Below are positions 55,344-63,180 of a stretch of 64,000 nucleotides of DNA, piece by piece. The stretch lies in sequence record PP886230.1; one strand, 5' to 3'. The position numbers and the translations under genes were made by a program. Position 1 is the first letter of the stretch. Every line of letters starts with the position of its first letter. The notes beneath the pieces were generated by a model. The model was not told where the DNA came from. It saw only the letters and a program-made list of their open reading frames with translations, and did not search any database.

Positions 55344-55729
55344 GATGGCGTAAACGACACGTAAAAAGATTTGATAAAATAATCAAAAAATATTACTCAC
55401 ATAAGTTAGATCCAATCATACTTCAACTAAGAAGTAGTATGTTTGATAGACGTTTTCCACAGTGTTTAGAATCGTACAGTCGTAAACGTTACAAGAATGA
55501 ATACCTGGTATATCGTTATGATTTATCAGAATTCTTTTTGAATACTCGTGTATCTGTACCCATCAGACTGTACTCAAGGGTAAAACGAAGTAGGGTTCAA
55601 GATATTACATATGGATATCTTATGATTGAAATCGACGACCTCAATGAAAAAACTGGCAGAAATTACAGTACTTTATGTCTGGAAAACCATGATTCAATAA
55701 AAAGAATCATAGAAGAGTTGGGAAAGTGA
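55340..55729 (+). CDS. Hypothetical basic protein
   Basis: AAGGAG SD; ATGA overlap. Confidence 0.6.
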   Translation: MRWRKRHVKRFDKIIKKYYSHKLDPIILQLRSSMFDRRFPQCLESYSRKRYKNEYLVYRYDLSEFFLNTRVSVPIRLYSRVKRSRVQDITYGYLMIEIDDLNEKTGRNYSTLCLENHDSIKRIIEELGK

Positions 55730-55752
55730 GATTTTTAGTGCTATAATTGGAG

Positions 55753-56103
55753 ATGAGTATGAAATACATCGATAAAGGTACAGTGGAGACACAGTACTGG
55801 AATATCCATATTGCTGGTGATATTCAAACAGCAAGAGAATACACAAGAAAATTTGCGTTTAAGCATGGCTTTTGTGTACAATTAATTCCCTGTGAATATA
55901 TCTACACTGGTGGTCTTGAAAGTGGGATGTGTGCTCGTATTATTCAGTACCCACGCTTTCCAAAAGAAGAAGTATATCTCAACCGAGATGTATTAAACTA
56001 TGCAAAGGGTTTAGCTGAAGAGTTGTGTCAAAAGAGCTTTACTATAGAGCGAAATAATGATACAATTTATTATGAAAGTGATGAACCTTTACACAAGAAA
56101 TAA
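55753..56103 (+). CDS. Hypothetical protein
   Basis: YIYTGGLESG...IIQYPRFP; extended -10 TGCTATAAT upstream. Confidence 0.7.
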   Translation: MSMKYIDKGTVETQYWNIHIAGDIQTAREYTRKFAFKHGFCVQLIPCEYIYTGGLESGMCARIIQYPRFPKEEVYLNRDVLNYAKGLAEELCQKSFTIERNNDTIYYESDEPLHKK

Positions 56104-56114
56104 AAGGAAAATAT

Positions 56115-56246
56115 ATGAATGGACTAAAGAAATTTGGTAAAGATTTTCTAAAATGTATACGCTATACATATGATGCAAACCCAGAAATGACTGCTATTGT
56201 GGGTGTGTTTATTACACTTGTTGTATTAAGTTTTATTGTGGTGTAA
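56115..56246 (+). CDS. Small C-terminally anchored membrane protein (43 aa, not in ORF track)
   Basis: AAGGA SD; TAIVGVFITLVVLSFIVV. Confidence 0.5.
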   Translation: MNGLKKFGKDFLKCIRYTYDANPEMTAIVGVFITLVVLSFIVV

Positions 56247-56250
56247 AAGT

Positions 56251-56454
56251 ATGATTGAAATCAATGCTGATATCTATTGTAGTGCAGCACCAAATTACTT
56301 CATTTATGCTTTGAGTACATTTGGTGAAACTGACGGTGAAACTTTTGTTTTAGTAGATAATACTACATGGTACAAAACAAGTAATAAAATTCCTAAAGAC
56401 GTTTTGGAAACATATGTTCGTATTGAAAATAAAAACATATATGTAAATTTATAG
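56251..56454 (+). CDS. Hypothetical protein
   Basis: ATG 56251 after the upstream stop. Confidence 0.5.
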   Translation: MIEINADIYCSAAPNYFIYALSTFGETDGETFVLVDNTTWYKTSNKIPKDVLETYVRIENKNIYVNL

Positions 56455-56461
56455 GTAAAAT

Positions 56462-56872
56462 ATGATTGAAATGGAAGGAACTCTGGTGTATGATCCAGAC
56501 CGTGGCACTATGAAAAAGAAGAAGGACTTCTGGTTAGTACTACAACTTCCATTACAGTTGGTTCGATACTACCAGTACTTCATCAGAACTGACTTACATA
56601 TTGATATTAAAGACCCACAATGGGGAGCACATGTCAGTATCGTTCGTGGTGAAGTGCCACCAAATCCAGAGTACTGGAAAAAGTACGATGGAATGAAAGT
56701 AAAGATAAAGTTCAATCCTTGTATTGAGATAGTAAAAGATAAAAAGAATCCAGGTTCATTCTTTATCATTGAATTTGAAGATGATTTCATCACACATATT
56801 AGAAATGAACTAGGACTACCAACCAAGTACTTTAAATATCACATCACTGTAGGTAGAACCTACTACGATTAA
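56462..56872 (+). CDS. 2H phosphoesterase-like protein
   Basis: Two Hx(S/T) motifs about 70 aa apart: GAHVSIV and YHITVG. Confidence 0.6.
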   Translation: MIEMEGTLVYDPDRGTMKKKKDFWLVLQLPLQLVRYYQYFIRTDLHIDIKDPQWGAHVSIVRGEVPPNPEYWKKYDGMKVKIKFNPCIEIVKDKKNPGSFFIIEFEDDFITHIRNELGLPTKYFKYHITVGRTYYD

Positions 56873-56896
56873 TGTGGTTTTTATGGTAAATATATC

Positions 56897-56924
56897 TTGT
56901 AATAAAATAAAAATATGCTATACT
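56897..56924 (+). promoter_or_regulatory. Sigma70-type promoter, extended -10
   Basis: TTGTAA-16-TATACT preceded by TGC. Confidence 0.55.
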
Positions 56925-57040
56925 ACTTAAACATTTGAAAAGAACGTTTTTGTACTGTAGAAAGTCCGATGAGGCTTTTGCAAATGGCCTCTTTGCCATC
57001 TTTGTGATTGCCCATCTTAACAATCAACAAAGGAGGCGTT

Positions 57041-57967
57041 TTGAAACAAGCGAAAAAAGCACTGAAAACTAAGACTACTTATGGTGTTCTAGTTTGCACA
57101 GTACTTGTCGCTGCGATTGGATTTTATGGTTTTTCTCAAAATGATCGTGTATCATCATCGGACGAAAGTCAGGTACACAATTTAAAACCACAAGTTACGC
57201 AAATTCAAAAGCAGGAATTACCAAAGGTAGAAATATCAAAGGATGTTCCACGCGGCGAGAAGCATTATACGGTTCAACCTGGTGATAGTTATTATTCTAT
57301 TGCTAAAAAGTTTAAACCTAAAAATGTACAACTTGAAGAGTATGTTATTTTGTTGAAAAATATCAATTTAAATGCTACTCTTCATACTTCTCAGGGTATC
57401 TTTATCCCAACAAAAGAGGATTTGAAGAACGTATTGTTACCAGATGTGACTGTACTGTTTGATTATAATGATCCAGAAATTGTCAATCACATCAAAGAAG
57501 CTGAAGGTTCAATTGAATTTCAGTCCAAGAACAAACGCCGTTTACTTGGTGGGAAAGTCGGAGTTCCTTTCCACAATTCTAAATTTCATCCCTACAAGGA
57601 CATGAAAGGTAATTATACAATAGGTTATGGGCATTATTTGGGTAGAAAAGAATCTGATGCAATTAAGTACAGAAACGGTATTACCAAAGCTCAAGCCAAT
57701 AAACTTTTAATGCAAGATATGAAAAGAACATATAATGACTTTTTATTATTGATGCAGAAAAAAGAAGCAGTAAATCTGACCAAAGAACAACAACGTATTC
57801 TTTATGAAATGTCCTATACAATGGGTGTTGATAAATTAGCAACGTTTAATAAACTTTGGAAAAGTGTGAAAAATGATAACCCTAAGAAATTTAAAAAAGA
57901 AATTATGAATTCCTTATGGTATCGTCAAGTTACAAACCGAGCAGATTTGTTGTTAAGTTCACTCTAA
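57041..57967 (+). CDS. Membrane-anchored LysM + T4-type lysozyme (GH24-like)
   Basis: TTG start after a perfect AGGAGG; N-terminal TM; LysM HYTVQPGDSYYSIAKKF; IKEAEG...YKDMKGNYTIGYGH; SLWYRQVTNRA. Confidence 0.85.
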   Translation: MKQAKKALKTKTTYGVLVCTVLVAAIGFYGFSQNDRVSSSDESQVHNLKPQVTQIQKQELPKVEISKDVPRGEKHYTVQPGDSYYSIAKKFKPKNVQLEEYVILLKNINLNATLHTSQGIFIPTKEDLKNVLLPDVTVLFDYNDPEIVNHIKEAEGSIEFQSKNKRRLLGGKVGVPFHNSKFHPYKDMKGNYTIGYGHYLGRKESDAIKYRNGITKAQANKLLMQDMKRTYNDFLLLMQKKEAVNLTKEQQRILYEMSYTMGVDKLATFNKLWKSVKNDNPKKFKKEIMNSLWYRQVTNRADLLLSSL

Positions 57968-57983
57968 AAAAGGAAGGTGAAGT

Positions 57984-58316
57984 ATGCTAAATCTAAATAT
58001 TCAAGGCAACGTTGATATCACTCCAGCAATCCAAGATGCTATTTACAATGAAGCAAAAAGTCTGGATAAGTACCGTACTTCTTCAGTACTAGACATTGGT
58101 GTTCATGTTAAGAAAGAGCATAAAACTCAATATGCTGTAACTTTAACTGCTGGTAGTAAATCAGTAACTGCTGATGATGCTGATTTGTATAAAGCAATTG
58201 TTGAATCTTTTGATAAGATGGAAACTGTATTCAGTAAAGACAAAAGCATTAAATTACACCGCCGAAACCATCCAGAACACCCAGTTCTTGATGATTTGAC
58301 AGAAAACGAAGAGTAA
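57984..58316 (+). CDS. hpf: Ribosome hibernation promoting factor (HPF/RaiA-like)
   Basis: LNIQGNVDITPAIQ (cf. LNITGNNVEITEALR); DADLYKAIVESFDKME...K (cf. GQDMYAAIDGLIDKL). Confidence 0.8.
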   Translation: MLNLNIQGNVDITPAIQDAIYNEAKSLDKYRTSSVLDIGVHVKKEHKTQYAVTLTAGSKSVTADDADLYKAIVESFDKMETVFSKDKSIKLHRRNHPEHPVLDDLTENEE

Positions 58317-58326
58317 TATATATACT

Positions 58327-58354
58327 AAAGGGACAGATTAATTCTGTCCCTTTT
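58327..58354 (+). terminator. Rho-independent terminator
   Basis: AAGGGACAGA-TTAAT-TCTGTCCCTT-TT. Confidence 0.85.
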
Positions 58355-58371
58355 CTTATGGAGTTTTAATT

Positions 58372-58767
58372 ATGAATTATTCCTGGATGGAAATTGTAAA
58401 ATCTCTAATATCAACACATGATATGGACTTACCTGAACACCTAGTTATTAATAGATGGTACTATCCATATCCAGATAACCGTTGTGTTGGGATTGGATTT
58501 TTTATTAATGAAAAATCTCAATATATTGGATTAATTGAAGATTATACAAAAACAAACATTGCGTTCTCTATTGAGTTGAATGTAGATCACATAAAATACT
58601 ACACCAATAAAATGGACGAAGACGATGGTGATGTTATAATTCCAGCAGAAATAGACGAAGCTTCATTTTTTCAGTTATCATTAATTCATGATGTATCTGA
58701 TATTACTTATGATAATGTGAAAGACCTTTTTATATTGTACAATAAACTGTATAATTACTTTTTGTAA
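58372..58767 (+). CDS. Hypothetical protein (EHFQ-motif family)
   Basis: EIDEASFFQLSLIHD. Confidence 0.6.
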   Translation: MNYSWMEIVKSLISTHDMDLPEHLVINRWYYPYPDNRCVGIGFFINEKSQYIGLIEDYTKTNIAFSIELNVDHIKYYTNKMDEDDGDVIIPAEIDEASFFQLSLIHDVSDITYDNVKDLFILYNKLYNYFL

Positions 58768-58780
58768 TGGAGATAAATTT

Positions 58781-58966
58781 ATGGAATATACAATATGTAT
58801 AGTTATATGTATCATATCCTTACTAGTCGGGGTTGGTGTGATGATTTATTGTGATGCAGAACCCAGTACTGAAGTAGGAACAACAATAACACTTAAACCT
58901 GGTGTTAAAGTTAATGATAATTATTGCTATGATCCAAACACAAACCGTTATGAGATTTGTTTATGA
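58781..58966 (+). CDS. Small membrane-anchored protein
   Basis: N-terminal TM; GGAG SD. Confidence 0.55.
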   Translation: MEYTICIVICIISLLVGVGVMIYCDAEPSTEVGTTITLKPGVKVNDNYCYDPNTNRYEICL

Positions 58967-59367
58967 AAACATTCAACATTGTTCATATAATTGAACCGAT
59001 TGCAGAACATATTAAAAACATAAGTAAGAACGAGTCAGGTTTTTTCTTCGATTTAGACAAACTTCATCGCACCAATGTATCTAGTTTTAATCGTACTAAG
59101 AGACTTTACATCCGTATACACAACCTATGGTACAGTGACGATACGTTGATGATAGATATCACGGTTGATGAAGACATAACATTAAGATACATTGACGATT
59201 TTAAATCAGATGATATTCGTTCTGGCTCATTACCAATTGATGCTTCATATGAAGAATATATGCAATATCAGTTCATTGATGACACATTTGGATTTGACTT
59301 TGATCTATATAATAGTATAATGAACGTATACCATATATACGAAAGGAATTTGAATGGACATTCGTAA
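58963..59367 (+). CDS. Hypothetical protein (paralog of next gene)
   Basis: GSLPIDASYEEYMQYQFIDDTFG. Confidence 0.6.
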   Translation: MKTFNIVHIIEPIAEHIKNISKNESGFFFDLDKLHRTNVSSFNRTKRLYIRIHNLWYSDDTLMIDITVDEDITLRYIDDFKSDDIRSGSLPIDASYEEYMQYQFIDDTFGFDFDLYNSIMNVYHIYERNLNGHS

Positions 59368-59776
59368 AATACCAAATTTCCACAATACATTAAGGTTCTT
59401 TTCTGAACAAGAAATCAGTACTGAAATACGAGGCATAATTTCGTATAATCAATATAGAGTACTAACCACTAATAAATTTCAGGGTACTGTACGTATAAAA
59501 ATACGAAACTCGTTAGTAGAGAATGATGAATTATTAATTACACTTAGAAAAAGTAAGATAGAATTAACATACGCAATTTTCGATACTACATATGAGTTGA
59601 TGTGGAACACACTGTCAAAAAAAGAAGGTTCATTGCCAGTTGTTGATAATGGTCCTGAAACACTTGATCAGTACATGTTCATTGATGATACATTTAGTAT
59701 TGACTATCCATCATTTCAGTGTATACTAGATATACACGAAAAATATTACGACCGTCTACGTGACAGATTAATTTAA
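59354..59776 (+). CDS. Hypothetical protein (paralog of previous gene)
   Basis: GSLPVVD...DQYMFIDDTFS. Confidence 0.6.
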   Translation: MDIRKIPNFHNTLRFFSEQEISTEIRGIISYNQYRVLTTNKFQGTVRIKIRNSLVENDELLITLRKSKIELTYAIFDTTYELMWNTLSKKEGSLPVVDNGPETLDQYMFIDDTFSIDYPSFQCILDIHEKYYDRLRDRLI

Positions 59777-59787
59777 TTGGAGGCATT

Positions 59788-59910
59788 ATGATTGCTATAT
59801 TAGAAGAAGATTGGGGTGTTTCCGAGCAAGGCACTGATGAATATGAATACCCAGAATATAAGCCCAAAGGCTTCTGGGAACGTTTGCGTGATTGGTTGAT
59901 GGGGGAATAA
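59788..59910 (+). CDS. Small protein (40 aa, not in ORF track)
   Basis: GGAGG SD; MIAILEEDWG...KGFWERLRDWLMGE. Confidence 0.55.
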   Translation: MIAILEEDWGVSEQGTDEYEYPEYKPKGFWERLRDWLMGE

Positions 59911-59911
59911 T

Positions 59912-61024
59912 ATGAAAAAGTATTTGGTTGGTGGCTACGTCCGTGACCGTTTAATGGGTCTTCGTGCAAAAGACAAAGATTATGTCATTGTCGGAGCAAC
60001 TGAATCTGATATTAAGTACTTGCAAAGTATTGGCTATAAGCAAGTAGGTAAGGATTTCCCTGTATATCTAAGTCCAGAAGGTAATGAACACGCATTAGCC
60101 CGTACTGAGCGTAAAACTGGTACTGGATATGGTGGCTTTGAAGTGGATACAAAAGGCGTAACACTCGAACAAGATTTGTATCGCCGTGACCTAACAATAA
60201 ATGCAATTTCGTATGATCCAGTACTACAAATTCATATCGATCCATACGGTGGTAAAGCTGATATCAAGAACAAGGTACTACGTCATGTTTCTGACCATTT
60301 TAAAGAAGATCCATTACGTGTGTTACGTCTTGCTCGATTTGCTACTCGTTATTCTGACTTTACTATCCATGAAAGCACTGAGGAACTCGCTATTGGAATG
60401 GTCAATAGTGGTGAGTTAAATCATCTTGTTCCTGACCGTGTTTTTGTGGAATTCGAAAAAGCATTTTCCGAAGAAAAGCCTGCAAAGTTCCTTAAGACGC
60501 TAAGTAAATTTGGTTATTACGAAAAGGTGTTTAATACATCTTTGACCAAAAAGAATTTAGACCTTATTGATTATATTGCAGAGAACTGTACGGATGTATA
60601 TAAACCATATTTTCTGTGGTCTATTCTTCTTGAAAATGAAGAAGTAAATAATGATTCAGTACTTAACGGTGCTATTAAAGTTCCAGTTAAGTATGTTAAA
60701 TTTAGTAATTATATCAAACGTTTCCGTGATGATATCAAAACATTCCGTAAAAAGACCCCTATTGAAATGGGTAATATTTTATTGGATATGAATATTAAAA
60801 ATAACGGAGGTGAAGAATTCCTTTATAAAGTTTTGGAATACTTCATTTTGCGAAAAGAAATTGATTTAGAACTTGAAGATCTAATTATTAAAGTTTATGA
60901 TCGTTATACTGATGTTGAATTGCCTGATATTCAGCAAATGGTCAAAGATGGTGAACTTGAAACGTCAGAAATTCGTGATTTTGTTTGTGAACTTCGTTAC
61001 GAAGCAATCAAACAAATGTTCTAA
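59912..61024 (+). CDS. cca: tRNA nucleotidyltransferase (class II CCA-adding enzyme)
   Basis: YLVGGYVRD, DKDYV, VGKDFPV, ALARTERKTG, DLYRRDLTINA, EDPLRVLRLARFA. Confidence 0.93.
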   Translation: MKKYLVGGYVRDRLMGLRAKDKDYVIVGATESDIKYLQSIGYKQVGKDFPVYLSPEGNEHALARTERKTGTGYGGFEVDTKGVTLEQDLYRRDLTINAISYDPVLQIHIDPYGGKADIKNKVLRHVSDHFKEDPLRVLRLARFATRYSDFTIHESTEELAIGMVNSGELNHLVPDRVFVEFEKAFSEEKPAKFLKTLSKFGYYEKVFNTSLTKKNLDLIDYIAENCTDVYKPYFLWSILLENEEVNNDSVLNGAIKVPVKYVKFSNYIKRFRDDIKTFRKKTPIEMGNILLDMNIKNNGGEEFLYKVLEYFILRKEIDLELEDLIIKVYDRYTDVELPDIQQMVKDGELETSEIRDFVCELRYEAIKQMF

Positions 61025-61030
61025 AAATAG

Positions 61031-61059
61031 TGGGACAAAAAACCAATAACTGATATAAT
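61031..61059 (+). promoter_or_regulatory. GGGAC-class promoter
   Basis: TGGGAC-17-TATAAT with TGA extension. Confidence 0.7.
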
Positions 61060-61100
61060 TATTAGTATCTGAACATCGATTGATGACAAAGAGATAAGAT

Positions 61101-61533
61101 ATGCGTTATAGTTGTGGTATAATATTTTATCGTGATGGTCAGATACTTATCGGACATACAACACGGACAGAATCATTGGGATTTACCTAAAGGGAAAGCT
61201 GAGGGTAATGAAACTTTCAAAGAAGCTGCTGTACGTGAATGTTTCGAAGAGACAGGATACGAAATCGATGAAGATGATCTTCTGTTTCTTGGTGATGTAT
61301 CCTATAGAAAGGGAAAAAGGTTAGTACTTTTCTTTTATACTGCCAAAGACAAACCAATACCAGATGAATTAGTTTGTAAAAGTACTTACACTAATAGATA
61401 TGGTAAGAGTCATCCAGAATTGGATAAGTTCATGTACATTGATGTACGAGAATGTCAAAAGTATTTGACTGAACGAATGTGTAACAGTATTATTAAAGCT
61501 GTTAAAGCTTTTCAAAGAAATAGAAGGAAATAA
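61101..61533 (+). pseudogene. NudE-like Nudix hydrolase with an apparent +1 frameshift at ~61164
   Basis: ATG 61101 reads MRYSCGIIFYRDGQILIGHTT; the +1 frame continues GQNHWDLPKGK...AAVRECFEETG (Nudix box). Removing one base gives a T4 NudE-like protein. Confidence 0.75.
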
Positions 61534-61534
61534 C

Positions 61535-61783
61535 ATGAAAGTTAAAATTTATGGTCGCAAGACTGGTTGTAAATTTTGCGACACTGCAAAAGCTGTATGT
61601 GAACAAAATAAATTTGAAATGGAGTTTGTAGATATTGTTGCTGAAGGTATCGATGGTTCAAAACTGTCTGAAATTTGTGGTGAACCAGTTCGTCAAGTTC
61701 CTCAAATTTTCGTAAATGACATTTATGTACCAGGTGGTTGTACTGGGTTTATTGAAGGTCTTAAAGAAGGTCGTTGGAACTAA
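61535..61783 (+). CDS. Glutaredoxin (NrdC/NrdH-like)
   Basis: KIYGRKTGCKFC; VRQVPQIFVND...GG. Confidence 0.9.
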   Translation: MKVKIYGRKTGCKFCDTAKAVCEQNKFEMEFVDIVAEGIDGSKLSEICGEPVRQVPQIFVNDIYVPGGCTGFIEGLKEGRWN

Positions 61784-62025
61784 TGGATATTGAAAAAGTA
61801 TCATCTCGTGCAAAACAACTAGCTGATACGTTGGGAGTAGAGTTCAAAATTCCTGATATTTCAATAGCTAAAGAAAAAGCCCAGATTAAAATTAACAAGA
61901 TGAAAGAATATCTATCTAAACAAGAACAGTATGATTCCGCTGTCGAATTTATTGTAAAATCTTTTAGTAAAGATGATATTTTGGCATTTATCAAACATGT
62001 GAAGGTTTCTGGCAACCCTAAATAA
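61783..62025 (+). CDS. Hypothetical protein
   Basis: TAATG overlap. Confidence 0.6.
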   Translation: MDIEKVSSRAKQLADTLGVEFKIPDISIAKEKAQIKINKMKEYLSKQEQYDSAVEFIVKSFSKDDILAFIKHVKVSGNPK

Positions 62026-62071
62026 ATGTGAAGAACAAAAAGTTCTTCTTAACAATTTGGGAGATACTATT

Positions 62072-62314
62072 ATGCTCAGTTTTCGTGAACAATTAGCAAA
62101 AGGTCAATTTCAGGCTAAAGCTCAAACTAATATTCCTAAAAAATCTGCATTTTTAGGAACAATTACGGAAGATGGATTTTGTGATTATGATGCACCAGAA
62201 GATTCATGGTACATTACAAAAGACACAAAACGCAGTAATAGACTTCACAAAAGTACAATAGCTAGAAAGCATCGAAAAGAATTAAAGAAAATCCGTTTCG
62301 GTGAAGAAGAATAA
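62072..62314 (+). CDS. Hypothetical basic protein
   Basis: ATG 62072 after GGGAG. Confidence 0.6.
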   Translation: MLSFREQLAKGQFQAKAQTNIPKKSAFLGTITEDGFCDYDAPEDSWYITKDTKRSNRLHKSTIARKHRKELKKIRFGEEE

Positions 62315-62322
62315 TTTAAAAT

Positions 62323-62351
62323 AAGGACTCTGACCACAGAGTCCTTTCTTT
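62323..62351 (+). terminator. Rho-independent terminator
   Basis: AAGGACTCTG-ACCA-CAGAGTCCTT-TCTTTT. Confidence 0.8.
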
Positions 62352-62363
62352 TCGGAGAATATA

Positions 62364-62840
62364 ATGATTCATGAACACCGAGGTAATCTGTTTGAATTAT
62401 TCAGTACTGTAACAGATGATAAAACAGCAATACATATAATTGCTCATGGTTGTAACGCACAGGGTAAAATGGGTTCAGGTTTTGCAAAAGAGCTAAGAAA
62501 TCGTTACCCAATGGCATATGATGATTATAAAGCATATGAAAAGGAAATGGGATTTCTTAGAATTGGACAAATTGCATATTCAGCAATTAACGATAATTTG
62601 ATTATTGCAAACTGTATTACCCAAAAAATGTACGGTAATGACGGTGCTAAATATGTCAGTTATGATGCAATCGACGATGTGTTCAAACATCTAAATTATT
62701 TTTGTAAAGTTGATCGAGATGTTCATGTACACTTCCCGAAAATTGGAGCCGATTTGGGCGGCGGTAACTGGAACGTTATCAAAGAAATCATTGATCACCG
62801 ACTGGTCAATGCAGAAAAACACTTATACATTCTAAAATAA
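62364..62840 (+). CDS. Macrodomain protein (ADP-ribose binding/hydrolysis; T4 Tk.4-like)
   Basis: GNLF, IAHGCNAQGKMGSGFA, IANCITQ, FPKIGADLGGGNW. Confidence 0.88.
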   Translation: MIHEHRGNLFELFSTVTDDKTAIHIIAHGCNAQGKMGSGFAKELRNRYPMAYDDYKAYEKEMGFLRIGQIAYSAINDNLIIANCITQKMYGNDGAKYVSYDAIDDVFKHLNYFCKVDRDVHVHFPKIGADLGGGNWNVIKEIIDHRLVNAEKHLYILK

Positions 62841-62850
62841 ACAAAAGGAC

Positions 62851-63168
62851 TTGACAAAAATGACTATGACCGTTAAACTACTAAACATCAATAACATTGG
62901 CCCAGTACTAGCAGTTCTTCAAACCGATTCTGCTGAAGCTGTTGTAGTTAACTACCCAGCACAACTAGGGACTGACGAAAATGGTGAAATCATTCTTCGT
63001 GATTATCTAGAGTTTGTTAGTATGGAGAAAAATGTTATTTTTTATAAATCCAACATTATTAGTGTTAGTGATGCAAACCCTGCATTAGTTGATGCTTATG
63101 TTGATGCTATTAAAGCAATCGAAAACACTCCAAAAGTTTTCGTTCCTGAGAATAAAATCATTCTATAA
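62851..63168 (+). CDS. Hypothetical protein
   Basis: AAGGA SD; ends in ENKIIL. Confidence 0.65.
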   Translation: MTKMTMTVKLLNINNIGPVLAVLQTDSAEAVVVNYPAQLGTDENGEIILRDYLEFVSMEKNVIFYKSNIISVSDANPALVDAYVDAIKAIENTPKVFVPENKIIL

Positions 63169-63180
63169 TAGAGGTATATA

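Noticed and set aside
56960-56995. Hammerhead ribozyme core (CCGATGAG followed by a stem)
   Set aside because: The core deviates from CUGANGA and the stem is not followed by GAAA.
1815-59969. Numerous minus-strand and nested alternate-frame ORFs in the ORF track (e.g. 1815-2054, 14843-15169, 27910-28224, 50297-50560)
   Set aside because: They overlap better-supported + strand genes or the structured element, lack SD sequences, and look like antisense shadows of AT-rich codons.
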